Positions 12,000-26,000 of a DNA stretch of 64,000 bases are shown here, one piece after another. The notes beneath the pieces are model-generated. The model saw only the letters and a program-made list of their open reading frames with translations. It was not told the origin of the DNA and searched no databases. Source of the DNA: Pseudovirgaria hyperparasitica (taxonomy: Eukaryota); assembly GCA_010093815.1 (NCBI GenBank), contig ML996568.1. One strand, given 5' to 3'. The position numbers and the translations under genes were made by a program. The number at the start of each line of letters is the position of its first letter. The first letter of the stretch is position 1.

Positions 12000-14900
12000 C
12001 TTAAATTATAGGGCTGCCTTATAGAGTTTTCCTAGTATACGTTTAGAATTTATAATTCGATACTTCGTTCTCTACGGTATTCTTCTTCTTTTTATAATAG
12101 CCCCGACGGCGCTAGGTTTACGGTAGTAACGTGTTATTCTATAACCTCTATTTATATATAGCTATCGTAGTACTTAAGATATATACCGTAGGTTTCTAGG
12201 TGTTCTTATCCTTGGTGTAGTTCTTCTAATAGATTCGATACTTTTAGATACCGTTCTTATCGAGCCTATATTTAATAATATAGTCTACTTTATACACGTC
12301 TAGTCTATCTTAGGGTATAATAGAGTATAATTATACGTTCGTATATTTATACACGTTAGGTTAAAACCTTTTAAGTAATAAGACATGGAATACGTTATAG
12401 ACTTTTATATCGTTTCCTAGGTCGAGCTCGTAGGCTCTTATACTAATATAACGTTTAATTCGGAAGGGACTAGCTATTTTATAATCGAGTTTTTTATTTA
12501 CTCGCGATATTTATATATTACGAATATTAAGAAGGACTTCGTCTCCCTTCTTATACGCTTAATCTTTAACTAATCTATTATAGTACTTTATATACGACTT
12601 ATTTACTTACTAGATTATTACGCGATAGTTATGTGCGGTTTTAAAGATTTTAATCGCTAGTTCCTACGCGTGGACATTAACATCTATTATTCGGTCGAAC
12701 TAGACCGTATAAGGTTCGAAACCTATCCTTAGACTATATTCTAGGTTCGCCTAGAAGGGCGTAATACCTATTATACTATAACGACTATTATTATACGCGA
12801 ATTCTACTATACTTAGTAGAGAGGCCTAGTCGTCTTATTTAAAATTATAGAATACACGAAGGTAGGCCTCGAGCGTTTAGTTCTATCGCTCTATCTAACT
12901 ATCTATTTATAGATAGAATACTATTAATATATTTCTATTTATACCGGCCATTTCGTAGAATAACGTCTAGAATTTAGACGTGAATATACTCCCTCGGTCT
13001 ATAACGATCCTTTTTAGTATACTATGGACCTTAATAATCTTATTCTAGAATACTTATACTAGTTCTTTTAATATAATTATCTTCTATATAGAGACGTACC
13101 TAGATATCTTTATAAGTCTATCCACGATAATAAGAATTAAATTATAACTTATTCTAAGTATCTTACTTAGAGGTAAGTTAACTATAAAATCTATAGTAAT
13201 ATCTTTCTATATAAAGAGGGGGACTAGTAGAGACTATAAGTTCCTATATAGCTTATACCTAGGTGCCTTTATTCTTTAATAAATCGGATAAGTAGCTATC
13301 TATTCTTCGATATACTTAGGTATATCTTTCTAAAAATAGTACTAACGAATCGAGCTTAGGGTGCGTATATACCCGAAATATTCTACTAGGTTAGCGTTAT
13401 AGTATCGGCTAACTATAGTAAATTATACGTTACCTATCGGTATATAGTACTTTCTATTATAGTAGAGTAAGCCGTCCACGAAGGTCTACTTATAGTCTAC
13501 TTCGGTCTATAATAATCTATCTTACTATATTTTATATAACTTTAAAACTATTAGGTCTATCTTTTATAGATCCACGATTAACTAGGTAAGGTCTACTTAA
13601 TATACACGCCGGGTACTATCGCCCTCTCTAATAGCGCTAATAAATGGCTCGCTAGGGACTTTGGTACCGCGTCTTTAGTTACTAGCTTCGGTCTTATAAA
13701 TTTAATTACCGGCATTAGCGTTAGTATCTCGCTAATTATTAGATAACTTATTATCTAACCTTATCCTTAAGAGTTAGGCCTATAGCTACTCTAGGACCCT
13801 ATAGCTACTATAATTCTAGGCGCCTTCTTTATAGTTAGGTCTTCTTAATATTCTATTAGCTAGGTTTATACTTCTAGATTAATAGTAGATTATAAAGTAG
13901 AAATTTATAAGCTACTTAGCCTATTAAACCTATTAACGATTTAAAACTATCGTACTTATAAATCCCTTTAAGTTATAGTAATTAGTTAGTAACTTAACGT
14001 TATATATAGTACCTTTAAGATAATATTACTACTACTTAAACGACTCTACTATTACTAGTAGCTCTTAGTTATAAATAGTATATCTAGTCTCGACGTTAGC
14101 TATCTTACGCGAGAAGAACGTAACTAGATACTATTAGACCTTTTTAGACTCTATTAGTCTAGGCTAGAAGAGTATACCCGAGATTATAAATCCTAATATA
14201 TTAGTTTCGACGCGAATAGGTTTAGTTAGGTCGAAGTACACTAGTAATAGAGCGGTTATAAATGCTTCTTTAATCTTCTCGAAGGATATTCTTTTAACCT
14301 TAGTTAATTTAATAGATTATAATTTAATATTACGCTATTTCTATCTACTATAGACCGTAATAGACGAGTCGGTAGTAGTAGTATATGTATTAAGTGGTAC
14401 GGCTAAACGGGAGAAGTATTTAATAAATTTTTAGTAGTAGTTAGCGAAGCTAATAAAGACACGTATATCTCGAATGGATTTTAGTTTAGACTAGTCTATA
14501 ATAGTAGTAACTCTATCTCTCTCTATAGTTATATCTTAATTAGTAATAATAAAGCTAAGAAAGTTAATATAGTTCTAATAGAACTCGTATTTAGATAGCT
14601 TAATATATAGCTTATACTTTTCTAGTCTATCTAGGACTATATATACGTACTAGATATACTCCTCCTTATTATCTAAGAAGATAAGGATATTATCTAGGTA
14701 TACAATATATGTCATGTCGAGTAGGCCTACTAGCGCGTTATTAATATACGCTTAGAAGGTACCTAGCGCGTTAGTTAGTCTAAAAGGGACCACGGTATAC
14801 TTAAAGTATCTATAACGGGTCCTAAAAGCCGTTTTCTATTCGTCGCCTTCCTTAATATAAAGGCGATAGTAGGTGTTACATAGATTAAGCTTAGTAAAGA

Positions 14901-17784
14901 TCTTTATACGTCCTAGTCTATTAATAGACTTAGAGATAAGAGGTAGTAGATAACGATTCTTTTACGTGATATTATTTAGGCTATAGTAGTCGATATATAG
15001 ATAGAGGCTCCTATCCTTCTTCTTTATAAAGAGAATTAGAGCTCCGGCTAGAGATATACTAGGTCTAATCTATTCTCGCGTAAGGTTCTTTTCGATATAT
15101 TCTCGAAGGGCTTATAACTTAGGTTCTAAAAGAGAGTAGATAGGTCTATATAGAGATTACTAGCCGTCTTCGAGATTAATAGTAAGGTTAGTAGGTTAGT
15201 ATTAAGGTAGTTCGGAGGAATTAATCGCTAACGCGATATATTAGTATATTTTATACTAATATAGTAGGTTTTCGTCCACTTTAATACTAAGCTTGCTATT
15301 TTATATAAGTAAGAGTATATAGATAGTAGAGATCGCCTTCTTATAATCTTTCTAGAATTATTTATTATTAATAAGCTATACTAGTTTCTATTAAGGTAGG
15401 TTTATATACTAGCTAGCTATCTTCTTAAGGAAGTCTAGTTTTAGGTTATATTTCTTAAGCTATAGTATACCTAGAATTATATTAAAGGGACTATCTACCA
15501 CGATAAAGGTTAAGTAGTAGAGTTTCTATTTCCCTCCGCTATCCTAGATGCTATATTTAATAGTATAGGTACCGTATAACTTAATAGGACCGTCGATGCT
15601 ATAGAATATAGTATCTATTAGAGCTTAGATATTAGCGTTAAGTTCTCGTGCTTATTAGGTCGATATAACGTTAGTGGCCGACCTACTATTAAGTATTATA
15701 GTCTAATATTATCCACGAGGGACCTCGATAGATCTAGCCTATAGTTTAATATACTATTTAGCGGATTACCTCTCTATTATAGTCGCGTCTACGAGTCACG
15801 AGGGTTTCTTATAGACTATTAGTTTTTTATATTCTATACTAGGTAGTTAGACGCGATATATCCTAGCTACTAGTACTTATAGTATATAACTAGTTAGTTA
15901 GTTATATTAGTACTTAGTAGCTTCTCTAAACGGCACTTAGGTACTATATAGTCTATTCTACTATAGGTATAGTAAGTAACTTTAGGTCGTTTATGCAAGT
16001 CGGTCCTTATATCTTAATATATTAATTAGTAGAGAGATCCATAATATAATCCGCGTGGTTTTAAATTTAAGGTATAGTAGTAGCCTTATAATGTCCCGCG
16101 AGATCTATTACTAAATTAGTTTTAGTTAGACGATTTTACATTAGATTAGATTGTTAGAGATAGTCGTATACTAGCGCGGCGTTAATTATTTATTATATAC
16201 TAGTATCGCTCCGCGAGGTTTATAAGAGCTTAGAGATCTATAGGGATTATTATTATAAGGTTAAGACGGTTCTTTATATTTAGGGCGAGAGACCGTTTAA
16301 AGTCGTCGTACTATCGAATTATATAATCTTCTTCGGCTTCTCTCTAGAGGGGCCGAAGGTATTTAAGGAGTTATAATAGTAACTAATTATCTCGTTATTA
16401 AGTCTTAAAGATATAGCTCTAGGCCTAGTCGCGTCGTTTAGTTCTATCGCTAAAATATTAGAGGAGAAATTCTATAAGAAGGCGGGCTCTACATACCAAC
16501 TAACTATACCAAAAGGACCGAATCTTAAAGCTACTACTTCAAGGGTGGAGTACACTACTTATATACGACTACTATACACATGTATAATTAACTAGCAGGC
16601 ACGTGCCTAACAATATCTCCCCTTTTCGAAGGCGCGTGTCCTTATACGTCGTGGGCATACTACCTCACGAAAGATAAACTAAACTAGCTGTAACGGGCCT
16701 AGTATAAACGATATACATACACAACCAATACTCGTAATGCCGCCTCTAGTACTAGACACGCTAACTTACCATAGTAACGTTACTACCATATTATCCGTTA
16801 CGTATATAAAGCACACATAACGTAGTAAGCTAAACGAAATTATACGAAATTTAATAATAGTTAACTAGACCGAGAGTTAAACCCGTGACCCCGTAGTAGC
16901 TTTAAGATTATATAAGGAGGCGGGCTCCACGTACTAACTAACTATACTAAAAGAACCGAATCTTAAAGCTACTACTTTAAGGGTGGAGCATACTACTTAT
17001 ATACGACTACTATATACATGTATAATTAACTAGTAGGCACGTGCCTAACAAATTCGGTGAACGTGTCCTAGTTATAGGCATCCTTAGAATATTTAATTTA
17101 GTGTACTATCTAACGTTCTAAAGGTATCGGGTTAAGGTAGTTCTAGGCGAATCTAATTTTATCGCTATCGTTCGTGAATAGATAGAAGAATCGGCTATAT
17201 TAGTAAGCCTATACGTGGAAACTCTTTCTACTTTTACTATTAAAGTAAGGTAGTTTCTTAGGTTAGGGTAATTAGGATAGTAGTAGACTAGAATAGATCG
17301 TTTTAGTTAGTATAGGTCTATATAAATATAGATTAGTCGTTACTAGAACTAAAGCGCGTAATATAGCTTTAAGTCTTATAGTATATCCTTAAGCTTCGTT
17401 AAGTTCGCGTAGTTATTACTTAAGTTAAACCTATCGTTACCTCTCTTCGTGTAGTCTAGTATATATATTATTATAAGGTATAGTTAATATTAGACGATTC
17501 TAATAGATTAACTCGTTAACATTAATAAGGTCTAGCCTTATATTAAGGTTAGATCTAGTATAGTTTAAACTAGACCGAGATAGAGTATAATAGACTCTAT
17601 CCTTATATTCTATAACATCTTCTATAGTTATATAGAATATCGTACGAGTTATTAGTATAATAGCCTATAAGGTATAGTTATTAGTTAGGGTAGTTATAGG
17701 TAGACTATTCTCCTCGTTTAGGTTAGAAGAAGGTCTACTATAAGAGGCGGTACGACGGGTATTATAACGAGTAGTTAGAGCCAT
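12000..17784 (-). pseudogene. gag-pol of element E (approximate 3' end)
   Basis: Gag CCHC near 15840-15890; protease, RT (YLDD-type after de-RIP), IN and chromodomain; homologous to F gag-pol. Confidence 0.85.
16473..17050 (-). mobile_element. Complete TRIM-like non-autonomous LTR element D (578 bp)
   Basis: 140-bp LTRs at 16473-16612 and 16911-17050; TSD AATTC (16468-16472 / 17051-17055); PPT AAAAGGGGAGATAT; non-coding 298-bp interior; empty site in F near 38530. Confidence 0.93.
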
Positions 17785-18065
17785 TTCTATAAACTACCGT
17801 CGTGCTATATAAAGAGGAATTAAAATATAAGGATTATAGATATAGGATAGTAGTCTAATAGATTATAGGAGGATTCGGGAATATCTTTAAAAGGGTAGTC
17901 TACTCTCTTAATAAGGTTAATTTCTAAAGAGTAGGAATTAAGTATATATAGTCTACTTATATAGTGGTCTCGCTTATTCTAGCTGGCTTACCCTAGGTCC
18001 ACCTATCACGGACCGTACTAGACCATAGTATTCTAGTTGAGTCCATTCTAGTATTAGCCCTAACA

Positions 18066-18683
18066 TTATCGTTATACGCTAATAAGTTAACCTTAAGGTA
18101 AGTATTCGTTCCCGGTTCCATTTAGTAGAAGGCATTAGGATTAATTAGCTTAATAATAGCTAATAGAGATTAAGTAACACCTAAGAGCTAAATATAGCCG
18201 ACTATTACTAGCGAGAATTCTATAGAAGGTAGTTTAGCTTACTTATCCTAAAGCGAGCTAATACTAATATACGTTAAGTAATTAAATTTCTAGTTAAACG
18301 ATTCGCGAAGGGGGACTATAACTTACGGCTATATGTCTAGTCTACTTATTATACCGTACTATATATAAGATATAGTAACATCTATATACTATACGCTAAT
18401 CGGATCCTTCTTAAGCTCTAGTTCCGCGTTAAAACGCGTGAAATCTTTCGCTTCTTTAAGAGCATACAAAATACGTATTATAGTAGGGGATTTTAGATTT
18501 CTAAAGTATTACTTAACTCGATTGTGAGTATCGTCCGGTCTAATAAAAGTAGATATAGCGAAACTACTACTAAGGAGTTCATCGATAGTAAAATAAATTA
18601 CCTAGAAGCTACGAGGCACGAAGCTTTACTCCTTAATAATATTCAAGAGTTTAGTTCTCTTATATTTCTTAATAATAAGTTTA
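18066..18683 (-). pseudogene. Third fragment (N-terminal region) of the SF1B helicase ORF
   Basis: Continuous frame with only TAA/TAG stops; joins 9327 and 45628 in frame across TSDs TTATC and GTTTA. Confidence 0.78.
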
Positions 18684-19672
18684 TGTTAGGACGGGAACCA
18701 TAATAGACCTATATGGACTATTCTAATCCATGCAGCCACGTAGTGGCCAGAGCTGGGTTAAGTTAGCTAAGTTAAGCGAGGTTACTATATAAGTAGACCG
18801 TATAAACCGATTCCTACTCGTTAGGAATCAACCTCGTATAAGAGTAAGATTACTCTATAAATACATTCCTATATCTCTCTATAAACTATTAGACTACTAT
18901 CCTACGTCTTTACTCTTTATATTTTAATTCCTCTCTATATAGTACGACGGTAGCTTATAGAGATAGCTCCTACTACGCGCTATAATACCCGTGGCACTAC
19001 CTTATACGAGAGACTCTCTCTAAATCTAAACGAAGAGAATAGTCTCCCTACGACTACCTCTACTAATAAGTATACTCTATAGACTATTATACTAATAACT
19101 AGTACGGTATTCCGTATAACCGTAGAAGATTACCTAGATAATAAGGAAGGAGTCTATTATACTCCATCGCGGTCTAGTTTATACTATACTAGACCTATCC
19201 TTACTATAAGACTAGACCCTATTAACGTTAACGAATTAATTCATTAGAACCGACTAACGTTAACCACGCCTCACGATAATATATATACTAAGCTATTGTA
19301 GAAGGCCGCTCCTATAGCCCTACATGTATATGTCCCTAGCTCGATTACATGGCTTTATTGTATATTTAAGGAGGGCGTTTTCCTTGGTCATTCTACTCGG
19401 CGCGCTTCCCCTATCACTAATATTCGACTATTCGACCTTTTCTTACGTTCATGGGCCTCTATAGGTATTGATTATTAGGCTTAGCTATTAAAGAATTAAT
19501 TGAGAGTATTATATAGACCCGTCCTATTATAAAAGAGAACTAATAAGAAGTCGTGCGTTCAAAGAGAACTCCTAATACCTAGGAGAGATACTTATAAGTT
19601 CGTCGCGACTACTATACTAGAAACATAGCTATTTATAAAAGGGATATACGTAGCGATAGCTTACTATAATTT

Positions 19673-19689
19673 TAGAGGTCGTACCCGGA
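19673..19689 (+). promoter_or_regulatory. Putative tRNA primer-binding site of H (de-RIPed TGGAGGTCGTGCCCGGA; probably tRNA-Gln)
   Basis: Lies 4 nt after the 5' LTR; complementary to a tRNA 3' end ...ACCU-CCA; repeated in H copy 2 (~46477-46493). Confidence 0.55.
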
Positions 19690-20089
19690 CTATAAACTTA
19701 TAGGGGGAGATTAGGACTCCGAAACTAGCTTAGGGGAAGTATATAGCGTGCCTAATAAGGTAGTCTAGACTTACTAGATCGAAGCTACGAGTCCGGAAAA
19801 CAGGGAGTCTAGAGTCGCTAGGGGCTAGCCTCTTAAAAGTAGCCGTAAAAAGCATGCGCATGCTAACACGGGTGATAGCGCGACTCGAAAATGTCTTAGA
19901 GGAATAGAATATAAAATAGGGCCAGATGAAGTAGCAAAGAAGAGTTTAAAAACGATAAATATAACCTATTTAGTGCTACTATAGCTGTTATTTATAAACA
20001 CGGCCACACGAGTATACTACTTTAGGAACGCCTTACACAAAGATAATAATATAAGTAGAATACCGTGAACCTTATATTAATAAAGACGA

Positions 20090-23000
20090 TAGTAATAGTT
20101 TACCTTATAAAGGGATTAGTTAACATAGAGAAGGGATAATAGGTATTATAGGTAGACGCATTAGGCTAATCTTTAGTTAAGGTAATCCCTTAACTAATAA
20201 CCTTACCCCTAGCGTCTCTACTAGTATATCTACTACTAGTAATAGTACGATAGGAGCTTAAAATAATAACCTAGTAACTCGTAGAGAGATACTTAACTTC
20301 TTCGTAGTATTTACGCGATAAGGAAGGATAGTATCTCTATCTACTCTAGCCCCCGAGCGCTTTAAAGAAATAAATATTATAGCCTTCCTTCGGAAGTATA
20401 AGGATATATATATAAACTACGAAGTTCCGCCTAATAAGAAGATAATCTCCCTACCATTATACTACGAGGACCATCTCCGTTCTACTATTAAAGGAATAAG
20501 TAGGTTTTAGAAATAGTAGTAGGCCACGCTATATAAAGAATTATTAAAGGAATTCTCTCTATTTAACTCTGCCCTCGAGGAAGGCACTATCTACTTTATC
20601 TAAAAATACGTGGAAATGGTTAAAGTAGACCCATCCTACTCTCTCCCTATATACTACTCCTAGTATTATATTATTACGGAGAAACTTACGGCTAAAGAAA
20701 GCCTAAGCTCGTATTCGCGAATAGAGCTCTTCCTAGAAGAGCTACCTAATAGTCTTAAGGCTCGGGCTATAGAGAAATGTTAACTCACGATGGAAGTATA
20801 TAGTTATAACTAGGTAATTATCTATAGCTTTATATTACGAAAGGCTAGAGCACTTAAGGAACTAGCTCGTATTAATAAGTACTTAGCCGCACAAGAGCTA
20901 GCTATAGCTATATACTATAAATTAAAGATAGGGAGTAAGAAGACCGGCTTAGAAGAGTAGTTACATGAAGAAAGAAGAACTAATAAATTTAACTACCCCT
21001 CTCTAGTCGTAGTACACGTCGCGCTAGAATCGGATAAGTTTAACGAGATAGTAGAGAGATTTAGTAAACTAGACCTCACGTTAATTAAGATAAAGTCCTA
21101 CTTTACCTCTAATCCCTTATTCCTATCCCTTAAGAAGTATAAACCTAAGCTACTTTCGGCTATTATTAACTAGTAGGCGCGAAGGCTAAATCTTTTAGTA
21201 TATCTCTAAGTACGAGGTATACCTATAGAACTAACGTAAGTTTATCTATAGAATTATATATAGAATAGAGAATACGTCTCTACCTAAGACTTCTAAGAAG
21301 ATATTATAGTCTAGAATAGGCCTCGAAGACTAATTATATATATTACATGCGGAGGAGATTACCTAATATATAGATATCCGGAGATAGTAGGATATATTAG
21401 AGACGGATTACTAAATATTAATAGGGTATAAGTATTCTAAGGGCGTTTTAAGGCAAATAGAGAAGAAATTCTATTACTACCCTCCTTAGTAGGGCTATAA
21501 GCTACTCTATAAGCTATCTAGAACTACGTAGTAACGGTTTAAAACGGCCTAAGCTAGTACAGAGGAGGAGTAAAGGTTTCTACGTCTATAGTAAATATTA
21601 ACGCTTCATAGGGAGTGCTAGTATATAGTATTAGTATAAAACCTACGAAGGGTCTCTACTAGGCCTTAGCGGATAGTAATTTAGAAGAAGAAGTTACGTC
21701 GCCCGAGAGTAAGAAAGATAGATATATAGAATTCTACGAACGCTTTAACGTAGCTAGTAATAGATATATCTATAAGAAGATAGCTCTAGAAGAGCCTACT
21801 ATACTCGTAATATCTAGAAGGGGGATTATGAAGAGTATATCTAATTATACCAATGAAAGAAAGATCGCCCGTCTCTACGGAATGCGTAAAGGGTAGTACA
21901 TAAGGATTATTAAGGAATAGAAGGACGGTAAGAAGAGTAGCGACTAGAGAACGTCTAAATAAGAGCTAATAGCGCTAGAGGATAAGATAGATAAAGGGGA
22001 TAGCCTAAATCCTAGTTAAAAGGCACGTATCTAAGGCGTTAAGCTTAATAACTATCTACACGAAGGATAGCGGCTAAGTATAGAAGCTAGCGAAGTATAG
22101 CTAGTGCGCGTTCTAGGGATAACTATAAATATTACTATTAGCGAACTATTAAGCCTTAATAGTAACTTATATTATATAGTATTTAAGAAGGGCGCCTCCG
22201 ACTTTATAGCTAGAGAGGTCTATAAGGCTTAAGAAGAGAGAGCTAAGAAGAAAGAAAGAAACGACTATACTATAGCTCCCGAGATAAATAAACTTAATAT
22301 ATTAGTACCCCTCTATACTATAGGGACGGCTATTATATAACGAGATATTAATTAGCTTAAGAAAGGGATAGTAAGGCTAGTAGCTAAGTATCTAAGGTAC
22401 CCCGTAGAAGTTAGTTCTAAAAGGGCGACTAGTATAGTAATATTTAATAGTGGTGTATAGGTAAATAGTATTCGACTAGATACTATAAGGCGTCTTAGGC
22501 TAGTAATATCTTCGCTTCTACTATATATAAAGAACTCGAGTTTAGTTAGCGCTACTTAGTATAGTACTCTATTTATAGAAATAGTATAGTAATACCCTAT
22601 CCGCATAGGTCGGATCGTTATAGCCACTTTAATATTTATATATAGCGAACTTAATTATAACCTTATCCTAGGGAAGCTATATACTAGATAGGCCTTACTT
22701 ACGGTATAGAGGTTAGCCTCTAGATAAGTACTCTTAATAGTCTACTCCGTATATAGATAAGAATATATAACTTTTAAAACTAGTCTAGATAAGTATATTC
22801 TAGTCTTAGAGAAGGAGGGTAACTCCGTAGCTAGAGACTAACTATATAGTAGAGTATATCGCCGGAAGCCGGAGTTAAGCCGGATTATTAGTTAAGGGCT
22901 ACCCTTAACTAATAATCCATACTAAATAGGGTCCGGTAAACCTACTAACGAAGAGAATAGGCTATACTTTTATATGGATATAGAAATAAGTTATATAGAG

Positions 23001-26000
23001 TTACTTTCCGAGAAAATCCGGCCTAAAAATATTACTTAGTTATTAAGAAAAGATAACTTAGCCGCCCTAGTTACGGTGGTAAGGTATACTACCTTTATAT
23101 ATAAATAAGGTATAATAATAGAACGGCTTATAGTAGGCTCTACCGGCCTCTAAAGACGGTATTCATCTAGGGTATTAAAGGGATTTAGTATAGCTACTAT
23201 ATATAAAAGAAAGGGAGTTAAAGTATACCCTATAGATGACTCCGAAGCCCACCGAAAGGTTCCTAGGAATCTATTAGGGTATCTAGACTAGCGTGAATAA
23301 GTAATCGCATAGTAGGTACTTCTTCTAGCCGTCCACCTAGGCCTTAACGCGTTTAATAGGCTAATAGAGCCTTAAAGGGTAACTATCCCGCTAGGAATAC
23401 GTCTAATGTCTCTACGTATAAGTTAGCTAAAGATTAGAATAGAGCTATATCCCGTAGAACTTAAGTTACTATATACGATCTTATTATATCGCGAGGAAGT
23501 ACTAGTATGGGAATTCTTATACCTTAGTAAATTTAATAAAGAGGTAGCACCTCCGTAGAAGATCCGAACGGTAGAATATAAGGTATAGTAGGCTAAGAAC
23601 TTTAATATTCCTAGAGCCCTTTATAGGAAGGTACTTATAATCCTAAAAGAGCGTCTTAATAGCGGAAGGCTCGAGCCCTATAGTAGTCCTTATTAAAACG
23701 CCTATTTTCTTATAGAAAAGAAGAAGGAAGCTAATAAGGAGCGAGATTATAGGTTAATTAATTCGGCGATAGAAATTAACTAAGTTACTATTCGTGATAC
23801 GGCCACGCCGCCCTTATATAAAGAGTTCTCGGAGTACTTTACGGGGATAGCCGTCTTAATGTTTACCGACTTCTTCTTAGAATACGATTAGATTCTATTA
23901 GTAGAGTATTACCGAGACTTAACGGGGTTTATAACGCCCCTAGAATTACTATATAGGATAATATTACCTTAAGGGGCCACTAATTTAGTAGCTTAGTTCG
24001 TTAGGATTATATTAACTATTATATAAGAATATATCCCGGAGAGGGCTCTACTATTTCTAGATAACTTAGGTATTAAAGGACCTATAACGAAATATAACTC
24101 TAAGAAGGCTCTACCTAGAATTTATAGATATATCCTAGAATATTTAATTAACGTAGATAAGGTTCTCGCGGATATAGAGCGCGCTAGATACGCCCTAAGT
24201 AGTAAGAAGACTTAGTAGTATATTAAAGCCGCTAACGTTATAGAATACGTCTATAATATTAAAGGGAGGCGACCGAGTAATAAAAAGGTTACTACTATTA
24301 GGGACTAGAAACCCTATAAAAACACGACGAATGTGCGAGCCTTCCTTAGCGTTTATATATATTTCCGGATATAGATCCCCGGGTATACTATTATTATATT
24401 ACTACTATTTATACTATTAAAGAATAAATCGGCCTAGTAGTAGATAGCTAAGGAGTAGACCTCGATAGACGCGCTAAAGATAGCTCTAACTACTACTCCC
24501 GTACTAATAACGTTATAGTACGGGATAGGTATAGAAGATATAATTCTAGTAGTAGACTCTAGTAACGTTAGATAGGGAGCTACGTTAATATAGGAGAACG
24601 AGAATTATAAATATTAGCTATCGCGGTATAATAGAGGAATATAGTTAAAAGCTAAGAGAAACTACGATACCGTGAAGCTAGAGTACCGAGCCCTCCTCTA
24701 CGCGTTATAGAAGTTCTAGTAATATCTCTATAGCACGCACTTTATTATAGAAATAGACGCGAATACTCTAGTCGCTTAAATTAACCATACTATAACTAAC
24801 TTACTAGGGGCGCTCGTTACTAGGTGGCTCGCGTAGATTTAGCTATAGAACTTTATAGTTAGGCACGTACCTAGAAAGCGTAACATAGTCGCTAACGGTA
24901 TCTTACGGATATATAAAGGAGAAGAACTACTAGATATCTCTACCTTTAACCTAGACGAGTTTATAGATATAGCTCTATATATAGACGTACTAGAGACGTT
25001 ATTAATTAAGCCCGTTAGCGGAAGAGATTATATAATAGAGATACTCGACTATACCGCTATTAAGTCTCCCTTAATAGATAAATATAGCGATAAATAGTAG
25101 AGGATTACGAAATACCTTACTATACTTAAGAGGCTAATCGATCTAACCGACCGAGCGTATAAGGCCTTTATAACCGACTACCTAAAGTTCCTTATATATA
25201 ACTAAATACTCTAGCGGAGAGGAGATAGATATCGCTAATATATATAAGTAATTAAGGATCCGAATACTAGGGTACGTATAATTACCGCTACTTATAATAA
25301 GATAGATTATAGAGGTAGTAAAGGGACCCTTAGAAGAATTAAGAATAAGTATTAGTAGATAGATATATATAGAGACGTGCGATAGTATATAAAAACCTAT
25401 AATAAATATTAACGACGAAGTAAACTCCTCGGAGGTCTTAATAAAGGGCTCTACTACGTTATAATGCCTATTCTTTAGTAAAGAATATACTTAGACGTAA
25501 CGACGCTACTACCTTCTATAGAGTATAGTAAAGTGGTATCTATACGAGAATAGCTAAGCGGATAGACTAAGGCGGAGGCATATACGGCGGCCACGTCCAT
25601 AGTCGTCGTAAAGTTCCTCTTTAAGAACGTGATCTATAGATACGGAATCATTCCTAAAATCACCTATAACGGTAGTAGAGAAAATATAGATACTATAGAG
25701 GAGCTCCTCTAACTCTATAGAATTTATTAGAAGGTTATATCTACGTATAATCCCCGAGTAAATAGAATTATTAAGAGAAGTTTTATACTACTCGCTAATG
25801 CTCTCGCGAAGATAACTAATAGTAGATTTAAGAACTAGCCCGGCCACCTCCATGCGGTCGTCTAGGTAGATAGAATAACGACACGTGCTAGTATAGGGTA
25901 TAGTATCGTATACCTCGTGCTCGGCTATAAACTAATCATGCCTATTAAAGTCGAATTCGAGTCGCTCTAAATACTCCCTTAGGACGAGGTGTAATTAACG

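Larger units (their letters stand above)
9472..18065 (-). mobile_element. Chromoviral Ty3/Gypsy LTR retrotransposon E (full length, with TRIM D inserted in gag)
   Basis: 240-bp LTRs at 9472-9711 and 17826-18065; PPT next to the 3' LTR (9712-9727). gag ATG at 17784; RT, RNase H, IN and chromodomain (DVYKVDYII...YRIYWKNYT...TW.P, ~12180-12300). Confidence 0.93.
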
